The position numbers and the translations under genes are program-made. Positions 8,293-16,561 of a stretch of DNA of 64,000 nucleotides are shown in pieces (position 1 is the stretch's first letter; each line of letters starts with the position of its first letter). The DNA comes from Lacunisphaera sp. (GTDB lineage Bacteria; Verrucomicrobiota; Verrucomicrobiia; Opitutales; Opitutaceae), in contig DASZXO010000022.1 of assembly GCA_035545835.1 (NCBI GenBank), forward strand, positions 1,092 through 65,091, read 5' to 3'. The notes under the pieces were generated by a model. That model saw only the letters and a list, made by a program, of their open reading frames with translations, searched no databases and was not told the DNA's origin.

Positions 8293-8994
8293 TCAGGCGG
8301 TGACGACCTGCGTGCCGGCGATCAGGTCGTGAATGCAGCGGCGGTCGTCGCGGAAGATGAAGCAGATGTCGACGAGCAGGTAGAGGAAGCCGAGGACCGG
8401 GACCGCGGAGATCAGGCCGTTGACAAACATCCGCAGCAGGAACGCCTTCACAAAGCCGGCGTCGGCGCCGTCCGGCCAGGTGACGATGCGGATGTTCATG
8501 AGCTTCTTGCCGACGGTCTGGCCGTTGGTCGTGAGCAGGTAGATCTGGATGCCGAGGAGAATGAGCGAGCCGAACACGATCACGGCGATCCCGGCGAAGG
8601 CCAGCGGGCCGCCATGCCGTCCGCCGCCGAGGACCAGCAGGACGCCGCCCGGGATGCCCGCCACGCAGCCCGCGAGAAAATCGATGATCTGGGCCACCAG
8701 GCGCGTGCCGCGGTCGGCCAGCACGTTTCCGGCAGCCGGGGCGACCGGCACCGTGAAGGCTGCCGGCGCCACCGCGGCCGCCGCCGGCGCGGGCCCGGTG
8801 GCGGCAGTTGTCCCGGTCGCCACGGGTGGCGGCGCGGCGAATTCCGGGAAATCGCCGAGCGTCTTCCACTCCGTCTCGCCCTCGCGGCAGGCCTTCGTCT
8901 GCAGGTCAGCCCGGCGGCTCGTGATCCAGTCCCGGATCTTGTCCGCGGGCACCGGTCCGTATTCCTTTCCATCCGCGCCGATGATTTTGAACAT
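8293..8994 (-). CDS. GYF_2 (DUF4339)-RDD family membrane protein, paralogue 1
   Basis: MFKIIGADGKEYGPV...WKTLGDFPEF; RLVAQIID, GQTVGKKLMNIRIV and IHDLIAGTQVV. Start ATG 8994. Confidence 0.9.
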   Translation of the reverse strand: MFKIIGADGKEYGPVPADKIRDWITSRRADLQTKACREGETEWKTLGDFPEFAAPPPVATGTTAATGPAPAAAAVAPAAFTVPVAPAAGNVLADRGTRLVAQIIDFLAGCVAGIPGGVLLVLGGGRHGGPLAFAGIAVIVFGSLILLGIQIYLLTTNGQTVGKKLMNIRIVTWPDGADAGFVKAFLLRMFVNGLISAVPVLGFLYLLVDICFIFRDDRRCIHDLIAGTQVVTA

Positions 8995-9047
8995 GCGCGG
9001 CAAGATGGCGGCGCGCCGCCGGGAGGTCAACGCTCGGGAGGCGGGAT

Positions 9048-9126
9048 GTAGCGGCGCTCCATGAGCGCCGAGGTTTGCGCGACGGTCATAGACCGCCGCT
9101 ACATCTTGGGCGTAAGCCCGACCTGC
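9048..9126. repeat. GTAG REPIN (family D doublet plus family C unit)
   Basis: GTAGCGGCGCTCCATGAGCGCCG ... CGGTCATAGACCGCCGCTAC, then TTGGGCGTAAGCCCGACCTGC. Confidence 0.75.
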
Positions 9127-9157
9127 AAACCCAAGGCGCGTTCCGGCCAATCCGCGC

Positions 9158-10237
9158 TCACTCGTCGCCCGATTTCTCGCGGACGCGCTGGCGGAAGGCC
9201 TTCATCACCTTCTTCCACTCCTTGCGCTCGACCTGGCGGGCCTCGGGATTCACGCGGCGCACCTCGTAGGCGGCGGCGCGCTGCTGGCGCTGCCAGGCCT
9301 GCCAGCGCGCGAGTTCGAGCGAGCCGTCGGCGAGCGCCGCCTGCACCGCGCAGCCGGGTTCGACCGTGTGCGTGCAGTCGCGGAAGCGACAGCGCGCGAT
9401 GATCGACGCGACGTCGTCGAACGCCGCCTCGATGCTCGCGCCGGCCTCCCACGGCTGGATTTCGCGCATGCCGGGCGTGTCGATGACGATGTAGCCACCC
9501 GGCGCGACGATGAGCTCGCGCGTCGTCGTGGTGTGCCGGCCCTTGCGGTCGTCCCGAACCTCCTGGGTGTCCTGCACGGGTTCCCCGATGAGGCGGTTGA
9601 TCAGGGTCGATTTGCCGACGCCGGACGAGCCCAGCAGGGCGACGGTGCGCCCGGGCTGGAGGTAGGGGGCGAGGGCCTTGAGTCCGCGCCGGCTGCGGGC
9701 ACTGACCACGTGCACCGGCACGCCGCGGGCGGCCACGGCGAGCTCGGCGATGATCGCGTCGGCATCGTCGTTGAGGTCGGCCTTGTTGAGCAGGATGACC
9801 GGTTCGGCCCCGCTGGCCCACGCGGCGGCGAGGTAGCGCTCGGTCCGGTGCAACCGGTAATTGCCGTCGAGCGAGGCGACCAGGAAGACCGTGTCGATGT
9901 TGGCGGCGACGACCTGCTCGATCGTCTGGTCGCCGGCCGCCTTGCGCGAAAACCGGGTGCGGCGCGGCAACAGGCCGTGGATGATGGCGCGCGTGTCGTC
10001 GCCGGGCTGCGGCGTGACGGCCACCCAGTCGCCGATGGCGGGAAAGCCGGACGCCGTGCGCGCCTCGCGGGCGAACCGGCCCGAGCACTCGGCCAGGCGG
10101 GCGCCGGTCTCGCCCGTGACCTCGAAGAAACCCTTCAGCTCGAGCGTGACGCGCGCCGGCTGGCAGCCCTCCGCCGCCCAGGGCACGAAGGCCGACGCGA
10201 AGCCATCGCTCCAGCCGAGTTCAGCGAGCGTCATCAC
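9158..10237 (-). CDS. rsgA: Ribosome small subunit-dependent GTPase A
   Basis: NKAD precedes GSSGVGKS (circular permutation); KGRHTTT, DTPG and CRFRDCTHTVEPGC zinc finger. Confidence 0.97.
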   Translation of the reverse strand: MMTLAELGWSDGFASAFVPWAAEGCQPARVTLELKGFFEVTGETGARLAECSGRFAREARTASGFPAIGDWVAVTPQPGDDTRAIIHGLLPRRTRFSRKAAGDQTIEQVVAANIDTVFLVASLDGNYRLHRTERYLAAAWASGAEPVILLNKADLNDDADAIIAELAVAARGVPVHVVSARSRRGLKALAPYLQPGRTVALLGSSGVGKSTLINRLIGEPVQDTQEVRDDRKGRHTTTTRELIVAPGGYIVIDTPGMREIQPWEAGASIEAAFDDVASIIARCRFRDCTHTVEPGCAVQAALADGSLELARWQAWQRQQRAAAYEVRRVNPEARQVERKEWKKVMKAFRQRVREKSGDE

Positions 10238-10544
10238 CGGACAGAAGTTTGGAGCCGTCCGCGCCCGGCCGCCAGAACAGCGCGGTCCGGCCCACGGCGC
10301 CGACGCACGCGCTGGCGGTGGCCTGCGCGAGGGCGGCGTGCAGCGCGGCCCGTTCGTGGCGGTCCTGCCCGCCCGTGAAGCGGACCTTCACCAGCTCGAG
10401 CCGCTTCAATTCCTGGTCGAGTTGCGCGACCACCGTGGCGCTGGCGCCGTCACGGCCGACCCACACGCCGTCGGGCAGCGTTTGCCCCAGGCCGCGCAGG
10501 CGGGTTTTCTGGGCACCGGTGGGCACAGGAGGCGGCATCGCCAT
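10221..10544 (-). CDS. yhbY: YhbY/CRM-domain RNA-binding protein
   Basis: QKTRLRGLGQTLPDGVWVGRDG, ELVKVRF and VGAVGRTALFWR. Start trimmed to ATG 10544. Confidence 0.85.
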   Translation of the reverse strand: MAMPPPVPTGAQKTRLRGLGQTLPDGVWVGRDGASATVVAQLDQELKRLELVKVRFTGGQDRHERAALHAALAQATASACVGAVGRTALFWRPGADGSKLLSGDDAR

Positions 10545-10665
10545 GGCATGACACGCCGGCCACCGGGAGGAAAAGCCGGAAATGCAGCACCTTGCCGCAC
10601 AAGCCATGCACGACAAAAGGCAAGGAATGGTTAGAGGCGGGCACCGGTTGCGGCGATGATAGGCC

Positions 10666-11478
10666 ATGCTTCTTAAGACCCACCCCACGCCGGTGATGGA
10701 ATTGTCCCCCAAAAGCCCCGCCGCAACCTCAACCCGCCTGGTGCCGGGAGGAAGTCCCGTGTCGATCCCGAGCGAAAACGGCACCTTCCATTACTTCGGC
10801 ATCCCGCGGCGAACGCGCATTCCGTGGCTCGCCCTGTTGGTGTCGGTCTCGTTGCACGCGATCGGCATACTTGGTTTCAACGGCCGCCCGGCGCCGAAGA
10901 AGGTCGTTGTGGCCAAGGAGGAAGCGTCCGAGATCCTCATGATGCCAAACCTCGACGAGGAGGAGGAGAAGAAGCCGCAGGAGCTCACCGATGACGCGGA
11001 GATCACCCCGCCCTCGGTCCAGGTTCCGATGCTGGCGGACATCCCGACGATGATCGAGACGAGTGCGTTTACGCAGCTGGTTGACCTGACGCCGCCGCCG
11101 GCCCTCGACGCCGCGGTCAGCAACGTCGTCGCCATCCCGGTGAACATCCAACGCGGCCGGCCCGACACTAGCAAGATCAAGGACCTGTTCAACCTCGCCG
11201 ATCTCGACCGTCCGCCGCAGCCCATCGTGCAGACCCCGCCGGTCTTCCCCTACGAATTGAAGGCGCAGGTCACGGAGGCGAGTGTGCGGCTGGGTTTCAT
11301 CGTCACCGCGCAGGGTGACGTCATCCTGCCGTACGTGGTGAACTCCACCCATCGCGGCTTCGAGCGCCCGGCGATCGAGGCCGTGTTGAAGTGGAAATTC
11401 AAGCCCGGCATGCGCGGCGGCCGCAAGGTCAACACGCGCGTCGAGCAGCCGATCAATTTTACGGTCACGTCGGACTGA
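10666..11478 (+). CDS. tonB: Energy transducer TonB
   Basis: Single TM anchor (LLVSVSLH), Pro-rich linker, C-terminal FERPAIEAVLKWKFKPG. Start uncertain. Confidence 0.9.
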   Translation: MLLKTHPTPVMELSPKSPAATSTRLVPGGSPVSIPSENGTFHYFGIPRRTRIPWLALLVSVSLHAIGILGFNGRPAPKKVVVAKEEASEILMMPNLDEEEEKKPQELTDDAEITPPSVQVPMLADIPTMIETSAFTQLVDLTPPPALDAAVSNVVAIPVNIQRGRPDTSKIKDLFNLADLDRPPQPIVQTPPVFPYELKAQVTEASVRLGFIVTAQGDVILPYVVNSTHRGFERPAIEAVLKWKFKPGMRGGRKVNTRVEQPINFTVTSD

Positions 11479-11493
11479 GGTTTGGCCGATGGA

Positions 11494-11566
11494 GTGGAGG
11501 CGGGGTGCCCTCACCCCGCGATGTGCATGCGCGAATGAGAACCCGCGGGACGAGGGCGCTCTCCAC
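11494..11566 (-). repeat. REPIN-like family A copy (reverse orientation)
   Basis: Reverse complement of GTGGAGGCGGGACGCCCTCGTCCCGCGGG...CCTCGCGGGGTGAGGGCACCCCGCCTCC. Confidence 0.85.
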
Positions 11567-11570
11567 CCTT

Positions 11571-11624
11571 TGGAGGGCCGGTCTCCTGACCGGCCGCGCG
11601 GTCGGCCGGGAGGCCGACCCTCCA
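11571..11624 (-). repeat. REPIN-like family B, copy 2
   Basis: Reverse-complement match to 2717-2768; directly adjacent to a family A copy. Confidence 0.75.
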
Positions 11625-11651
11625 TATCGAGTCGGATCCTTTCGTTCCGAT

Positions 11652-12344
11652 CTAGATCGCCGCAGTGACCGGCAGCTCGCGCCAGGTGCCCGGAGACACG
11701 CCGTCGAGCGTGAGCGCGCCGAACCGCACGCGCTGCAGCGTGAGCACCTCGCAGCCCTGGCTCGCGAACATCCGCCGCACCTGGTGATAGCGGCCCTCGG
11801 TCAGCGTCAGCTCCGCCTCGCGCGGCGCCAGCAGCCGCAGTTCCGCCGGGGCGCAGGGCTCGTCCTCGTCCTTGAGCCGCAGGGTGCCGCCGGCGAACAG
11901 CGCGGCCGTGCCGGCCGGCACGTCGGCGTCGAGCGTGGCGCGATAGATTTTCGGCACCTTGTGGCGGGGCGAGGTGAGCCGGTGGACGAGTTCGGTTTGG
12001 TCGGTCAGCAGCAGCAGGCCGCTGGTGTCCTTGTCGAGCCGGCCGACGCTGGTCACGCCCGGGTTGCGCCGGCGCCAGCGCGGCGGCAGCAGCGAATAGA
12101 CGTTCGGGCCCTCGCGTTCGTCATGCGAGCACACCAGCCCGACGGGCTTGTGCAGGAGGAGCAGCAGGCCGTCCGGGTGATCGGGCGGCTCGCCGTCGAT
12201 CCGGACCTCCGCCGGGTCGGCCTTGGCGCCGAAATCGTCGGCGACCTCGCCGCGCACGGTGACGCGGCCGTCCTCGATCCACGCGCGCGCCTCGCGGCGG
12301 GAGCAATAGCCGAGGTTGGCGAGGAGCTGGTCGAGCCGGCGCAT
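11652..12344 (-). CDS. rRNA pseudouridine synthase, RsuA family
   Basis: S4 domain MRRLDQLLANLGYCSRREAR; HKPVG; catalytic GRLDKDTSG; EGRYHQVRRMF. Confidence 0.93.
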   Translation of the reverse strand: MRRLDQLLANLGYCSRREARAWIEDGRVTVRGEVADDFGAKADPAEVRIDGEPPDHPDGLLLLLHKPVGLVCSHDEREGPNVYSLLPPRWRRRNPGVTSVGRLDKDTSGLLLLTDQTELVHRLTSPRHKVPKIYRATLDADVPAGTAALFAGGTLRLKDEDEPCAPAELRLLAPREAELTLTEGRYHQVRRMFASQGCEVLTLQRVRFGALTLDGVSPGTWRELPVTAAI

Positions 12345-12402
12345 GGCAGGCATCAGACAACAACGGGTCGGGTGCCGCACCAAGGAATTTCGCTGGATTG
12401 TT

Positions 12403-12464
12403 CGCTGCGCTCGGAATGACACGAATCCGAACAAGGTGACGATATTGTCGTCCCGAGCGCAGCG
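12403..12464. repeat. Inverted repeat of TGTCATTCCGAGCGCAGCG-type element (family F)
   Basis: Arms at 12403-12421 and 12446-12464 match at 17/19 nt as an inverted repeat. Confidence 0.6.
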
Positions 12465-12510
12465 GAGGATCCCGTCGGGCGGGGTGCGACGGGAACTTCA
12501 GCCGGCCGTC

Positions 12511-14649
12511 CTACCATGCGGAGCGAAAGCCGCCGAGGATCAGGCGTGGCGTGCCGGTGTTGACGAGACCGTCGGCGCTGCGGCCCGTTTCGATGCGGGC
12601 GTCGCCGAGATTTTCGCCGGTCAGGAAGAGCTCGCCGCGCCGGCCGAGGGCGTAGCTGGCGGTGAGGTCGGCGACCACCGCGGCGCCGAGGACGAGCTGG
12701 TTCTCGTCGTCCTCGAACTGCCGGCCGAGCCAGCGCACGCGGGGCGTGAGTGTGAAGCCGCCGGGCCCGTGCCACACCGCGCCCAGCGTGGCGCTCTGGC
12801 GCGGGACCTGGGCGAGGCGTTTGCCCACAAGGGCGGGAGCGACCGCGGCGGCCTGCACGCTGGTGTCATCGTAGAGGAAGGCCGCGTCGAACCCGAGGCT
12901 GGCCACGGGCTGCCAGTGGGCGGAAAGCTCGAGGCCGCGCACCCGGGTGCGGTCGAGGTTGAGCCGCTCGCGGCCGAGCCCGCCGGCCGGCACGAAACCG
13001 ACGATCGGGAAGTTGCCCGGGCCGTGCGCGAGCGTGACGTTGCCGACGGCGTCGTGGAGCTCGTTCCAGAAGGCCGCGGCGGAGAGCTGCCACGGGCCGG
13101 CGGCGTAGTCGGCGCCGAGTTCCGCGCTCGTCACGCGCTCGGTCTTGAGCGCGGGGTTGGCCTCCGTGATGACGTTGCCGACGCGGAAGGGACGGTAGAG
13201 CTCGTTGAGCGTCGGCCGGCGGAAAGCCTGCTGGCCGGCGGCGCGGAGCCGCCAGCCTTTGGCCGGCTGCCACACCAGCCCGGCACTCGGGCTGAACTCC
13301 AGTCCGTCGTGATCCGCGTAGTGGTCATCGCGCAGCACGGCGCCGGTCGCGCGATCGGTTTCGCGGCGGTGACCGTCGCTCTCGCGCCAGTCGTCGAGCC
13401 GGGCGCCGAGCGTGAGGTTCCAGTCCGCCGCGAGCGGTCGCTCGTGGAGCGCAAAGAGGCCGGCGACGTCCTGGGTGCCGCCGGCGAGGCGCTGGCGGGT
13501 GAAGTCGCCGTTGCTGAACGTGTAGAACTCGCGGGTCTCGCCGCGCACGCGGCGCCAGTCGCCCCCGAGGCTCGTTCGCGCCCCGCCCGGATCGCTCCAC
13601 ACACCGGTCCACGCCAGGCCCCAGGCGGCCGCGGGCACATCGTACTGGTTGCTGGCGGGCGTCTCGGCCGTGCGCGCGGCGTTCACCGCGCTGAACGTGC
13701 TGGTGTACGCCTGGGCCTGACCGTAGGCGGTGGCGGTCCACGCGAAGCGGTCGCCCGCCCTGGCCGCGAACGTGGCCGCGACGGAATTCTCGCGGGAGGT
13801 GTTGACCTGGTAGGGCGTGCCGTTGTCGCGCGTCTCGCCGTAGGTGCGCGCAGAGACCGTCAGCACGCCGTTCGCGCCGGCCGGCTGGCTCCAGCGGGCC
13901 GCGAGCCAGTGGTGCCGGCTCCAGGCGGCGATGTCGATCGGCCCGCGGTCCTCGGGCGCGACGAGCGGAAAGCCGTCGGTGGCGAAATCGCGGCCGGACA
14001 ACTGCAGCGTGCCGCGGCCCGCGGGTTGCGTGAGCTCGAACTCGGCGCTGCGTGTCGCGAAGCGGCCGTAGCTCGCGGCGAGACGCGAACGGGCGTCGAC
14101 GGGGGACTCGGTGAAGAGCTGCACGATGCCGCCGAGGGCGGCGTTGCCCCAGGCCGTGGCGCCGCCGCCGCGCACGAGTTCGACCCGGGCGAGCGATTCC
14201 CGCGGCACCATGCTCCAATTCACCCAGCCGCCGAACGGGTCGTTGAGCGGCACGCCGTCGAGCAGCACGAGCGACCGGCTCGCGCCGCTCGGGCCGAGAC
14301 CGCGCAGCGAGACGCCCTGTGCGGTCGGATTCGCCGTGAGGCTGTCGCTGCGCCGAAACAGGCTGAAGCCGGGCACGGCGCGCAGCGCATCGTCCACCGT
14401 GACCGTCGGCGCCGCGCGCAGGTCGTCGCCGGGCAAATTCACGACCGAAAACGGGACCAGCGCGGGCGGCACCGGCGCGCGGGTGGTGCTGACGACCATG
14501 TCGGGCAGCGCGAGCTGGGCCGAGAGGCGGGCAACCCCGAGGCAGAAGAGAAACAACAATGTCGGGCGGGGTCGCCGGATCCCGCCGGGTCGGTTGGCGG
14601 CGGGATCAGGCGATCCCGCCCCACGGCCGAGCTTGTTGTCCCCGCTCAC
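12511..14649 (-). CDS. TonB-dependent outer membrane receptor
   Basis: TonB-box-like MVVSTTR; plug motif SLRGLGPSGASRSLVLLDGVPLNDPFGGW; terminal aromatic (FRSAW). GTG 14649 overlaps the cytochrome c stop (GTGA). The track ORF to 15555 is over-extended. Confidence 0.9.
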   Translation of the reverse strand: MSGDNKLGRGAGSPDPAANRPGGIRRPRPTLLFLFCLGVARLSAQLALPDMVVSTTRAPVPPALVPFSVVNLPGDDLRAAPTVTVDDALRAVPGFSLFRRSDSLTANPTAQGVSLRGLGPSGASRSLVLLDGVPLNDPFGGWVNWSMVPRESLARVELVRGGGATAWGNAALGGIVQLFTESPVDARSRLAASYGRFATRSAEFELTQPAGRGTLQLSGRDFATDGFPLVAPEDRGPIDIAAWSRHHWLAARWSQPAGANGVLTVSARTYGETRDNGTPYQVNTSRENSVAATFAARAGDRFAWTATAYGQAQAYTSTFSAVNAARTAETPASNQYDVPAAAWGLAWTGVWSDPGGARTSLGGDWRRVRGETREFYTFSNGDFTRQRLAGGTQDVAGLFALHERPLAADWNLTLGARLDDWRESDGHRRETDRATGAVLRDDHYADHDGLEFSPSAGLVWQPAKGWRLRAAGQQAFRRPTLNELYRPFRVGNVITEANPALKTERVTSAELGADYAAGPWQLSAAAFWNELHDAVGNVTLAHGPGNFPIVGFVPAGGLGRERLNLDRTRVRGLELSAHWQPVASLGFDAAFLYDDTSVQAAAVAPALVGKRLAQVPRQSATLGAVWHGPGGFTLTPRVRWLGRQFEDDENQLVLGAAVVADLTASYALGRRGELFLTGENLGDARIETGRSADGLVNTGTPRLILGGFRSAW

Positions 14650-15194
14650 TTCGGCAGGCCGGGCCGGGCGCGGGCGACCGCGACCTCGGCGGGCGTGACG
14701 GGCTTGGTGATCGGCTCGGCGGCGAAGCGGTGGCGGACGTAGGTGGCGACGGCGGCGACCTGTTCGTCGCTCAATGCGTCCTGCGGCGCCATCTTGTTGT
14801 CGTAGGCATCCGCGGCGGCGCCGACCACCTCGGCGCCCCGGAGAATCAGCGACAGCAGGTACTGCGGGTCGGGATTGGAGATCCACGCGCTCTTGTTGAT
14901 GCCGGGCTGCATGAACGGCACGCCGTTGCCGTCGGCCATGTGGCAGGTCGCGCACGTATCCGCGTAAACCTTCGCGCCCTGCTTGAGCAATGCGTCCATG
15001 TCCACCTTGGTCGGGGCGGCCGCGCCAGCCCGGGCCGGTGGTGCCGCGGGTGTCGGGGCGGGCGCCGACTTTGGGGCGGGCGCCGCCGGCTTTTCCGCGG
15101 CGGCGGCGGGTGATGCGGCCGCGGCGGCCGGCGGCTCGGCTTTCGAGCACGCCGCGAGCAACAGGACCGCGGTGGCGCAGGCGAGCGATCTCAC
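14646..15194 (-). CDS. Lipoprotein class I cytochrome c
   Basis: Lipobox LLAAC; Ala/Pro linker; CATCH heme motif; distal Met in NKMAP. GTG 15194 overlaps the upstream stop. Confidence 0.88.
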   Translation of the reverse strand: MRSLACATAVLLLAACSKAEPPAAAAASPAAAAEKPAAPAPKSAPAPTPAAPPARAGAAAPTKVDMDALLKQGAKVYADTCATCHMADGNGVPFMQPGINKSAWISNPDPQYLLSLILRGAEVVGAAADAYDNKMAPQDALSDEQVAAVATYVRHRFAAEPITKPVTPAEVAVARARPGLPK

Positions 15195-16450
15195 TTTTCG
15201 CCGGTGTAGATGATGCGCCACACGCGGCCGTTCGACGAATCGGTGATGTAGAGCGAGCCGTCGGGGCCGACGGCGACGCCGTTCGGCCGGTGCAGCGCGT
15301 CGCCGGGCGAGGCGAGCGAGGTGTAGCCGGCGAAGTTGTCGGCGAAGGTCTCGAAGGCGCCCGTCGGCAGGCCTTTTTCATCGAACGGAATGAAGACGAC
15401 CTGGTAGCCGGCCTGCGGCAGCGGGGCGCGGTTCCACGAACCCTGGAAGGCGAGGAAGGCACCGCCGCGGTATTTTTCCGGGAACTGCGTGCCGGTGTAG
15501 AAGGCGAGCTGCATCGGCGAGTAGTGCGCGGGGAAGACGACGAGCGGCGCGTCAAACCGGCCCGAGTCGTCGACCTTCTTGCCGTCGCCGCCGTATTCCG
15601 GGTTGAGCTTGCGCTCCTTTGTGCGCGCGTCGACGTAGGTGTAGGGCCAGCCGAAATTGGCTCCGTCGCGCAGCAGGTGCATGACCTCGGCGGGATTCTC
15701 CGAGTTGTCGAGTGCCGTGTAGTCCTTCGGGTCGACGGTGTTGAGCTGGTCGCGGCCGTGGATGCAGATGAAGAGCTGCCCGTTGGCCGGGTTGAGCGCG
15801 ATGGTCGTCGAGTGCCGGTGGCCGGTCGAGACGTGGACGCCGGTGGCCTGCGTCTGGTCGGGCTTGTCGGGATCGAAGCGCCAGTAGCCGCCGTGGGTCT
15901 TGAGGAATTCGGTGGGATCCTCGCCCTTGGCGCCGAAGGCGCGGTCGCGCTTGCCGCCGTAGGCGTTCGAGGGCGAGCCGGTCTCGACGTACAGCTGGCC
16001 GTCGGCGCCGAAGGCGAAGGCCTTGGCGTTGTGCTGCTTTTCGTCGGGCAGGTCGCGCACGATGCGCTCGGGCTCGCCGGCCGGCACGAGTTCGCCGGGG
16101 GTCAGCTTGTAGCGGTAGACGGCGTCGTTGGTCGACTCGTACAGCCAGCCGTTGTGCAGGGCGATGCCGGTGCCGCCGCCGGAGCCGAATTCCTTGATGA
16201 TCTCGGCGCGGCCGTCGCCGTCGGCGTCGCGCAGGGCGTAGATGCCGTCCTCGCGCGTCTTGATGTAAAGGTCGCCGTTGTCGGCGACGGCCAGGTTGCG
16301 CAGCGGCTTCAGGTGGTCGGCGACGACCAGGGCATGGAAGCCCATCGGCAGGATGAGGCCGCCGTTGTCGGCGTCCGGTTTGGGCAGGGCCGCGAAGGCG
16401 GCGGTCGCGAGCAGGAGCGACGCGGTCGGCAGCAGGTAGGGCGTGGGCAT
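15191..16450 (-). CDS. Secreted PQQ-dependent sugar / L-sorbosone dehydrogenase family protein
   Basis: Signal peptide; beta-propeller repeats; GHRHS (GxRN-like), HGRDQL, GWPY, AHYSPM, GSWNR and RPNGVAVGPDGSLYITD. Start ATG 16450. Confidence 0.88.
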   Translation of the reverse strand: MPTPYLLPTASLLLATAAFAALPKPDADNGGLILPMGFHALVVADHLKPLRNLAVADNGDLYIKTREDGIYALRDADGDGRAEIIKEFGSGGGTGIALHNGWLYESTNDAVYRYKLTPGELVPAGEPERIVRDLPDEKQHNAKAFAFGADGQLYVETGSPSNAYGGKRDRAFGAKGEDPTEFLKTHGGYWRFDPDKPDQTQATGVHVSTGHRHSTTIALNPANGQLFICIHGRDQLNTVDPKDYTALDNSENPAEVMHLLRDGANFGWPYTYVDARTKERKLNPEYGGDGKKVDDSGRFDAPLVVFPAHYSPMQLAFYTGTQFPEKYRGGAFLAFQGSWNRAPLPQAGYQVVFIPFDEKGLPTGAFETFADNFAGYTSLASPGDALHRPNGVAVGPDGSLYITDSSNGRVWRIIYTGEK

Positions 16451-16561
16451 AGTGGCGGCCAAGGTGGCCAAAAACCCGGGCGAAGCAAGCGGCGGCCCGG
16501 TCATGTCGCCGGGAATAATAGGCTCGCCACGGCCCCGGCGTTGCTGGATGCCTTTTCGCCT

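Noticed and set aside
12511-15555. Apparent 1014-aa receptor with a long N-terminal extension
   Set aside because: The extension overlaps the cytochrome c and dehydrogenase genes in another frame and is low-complexity Arg/Pro/Gly. A GTGA-coupled start at 14649 explains the gene.
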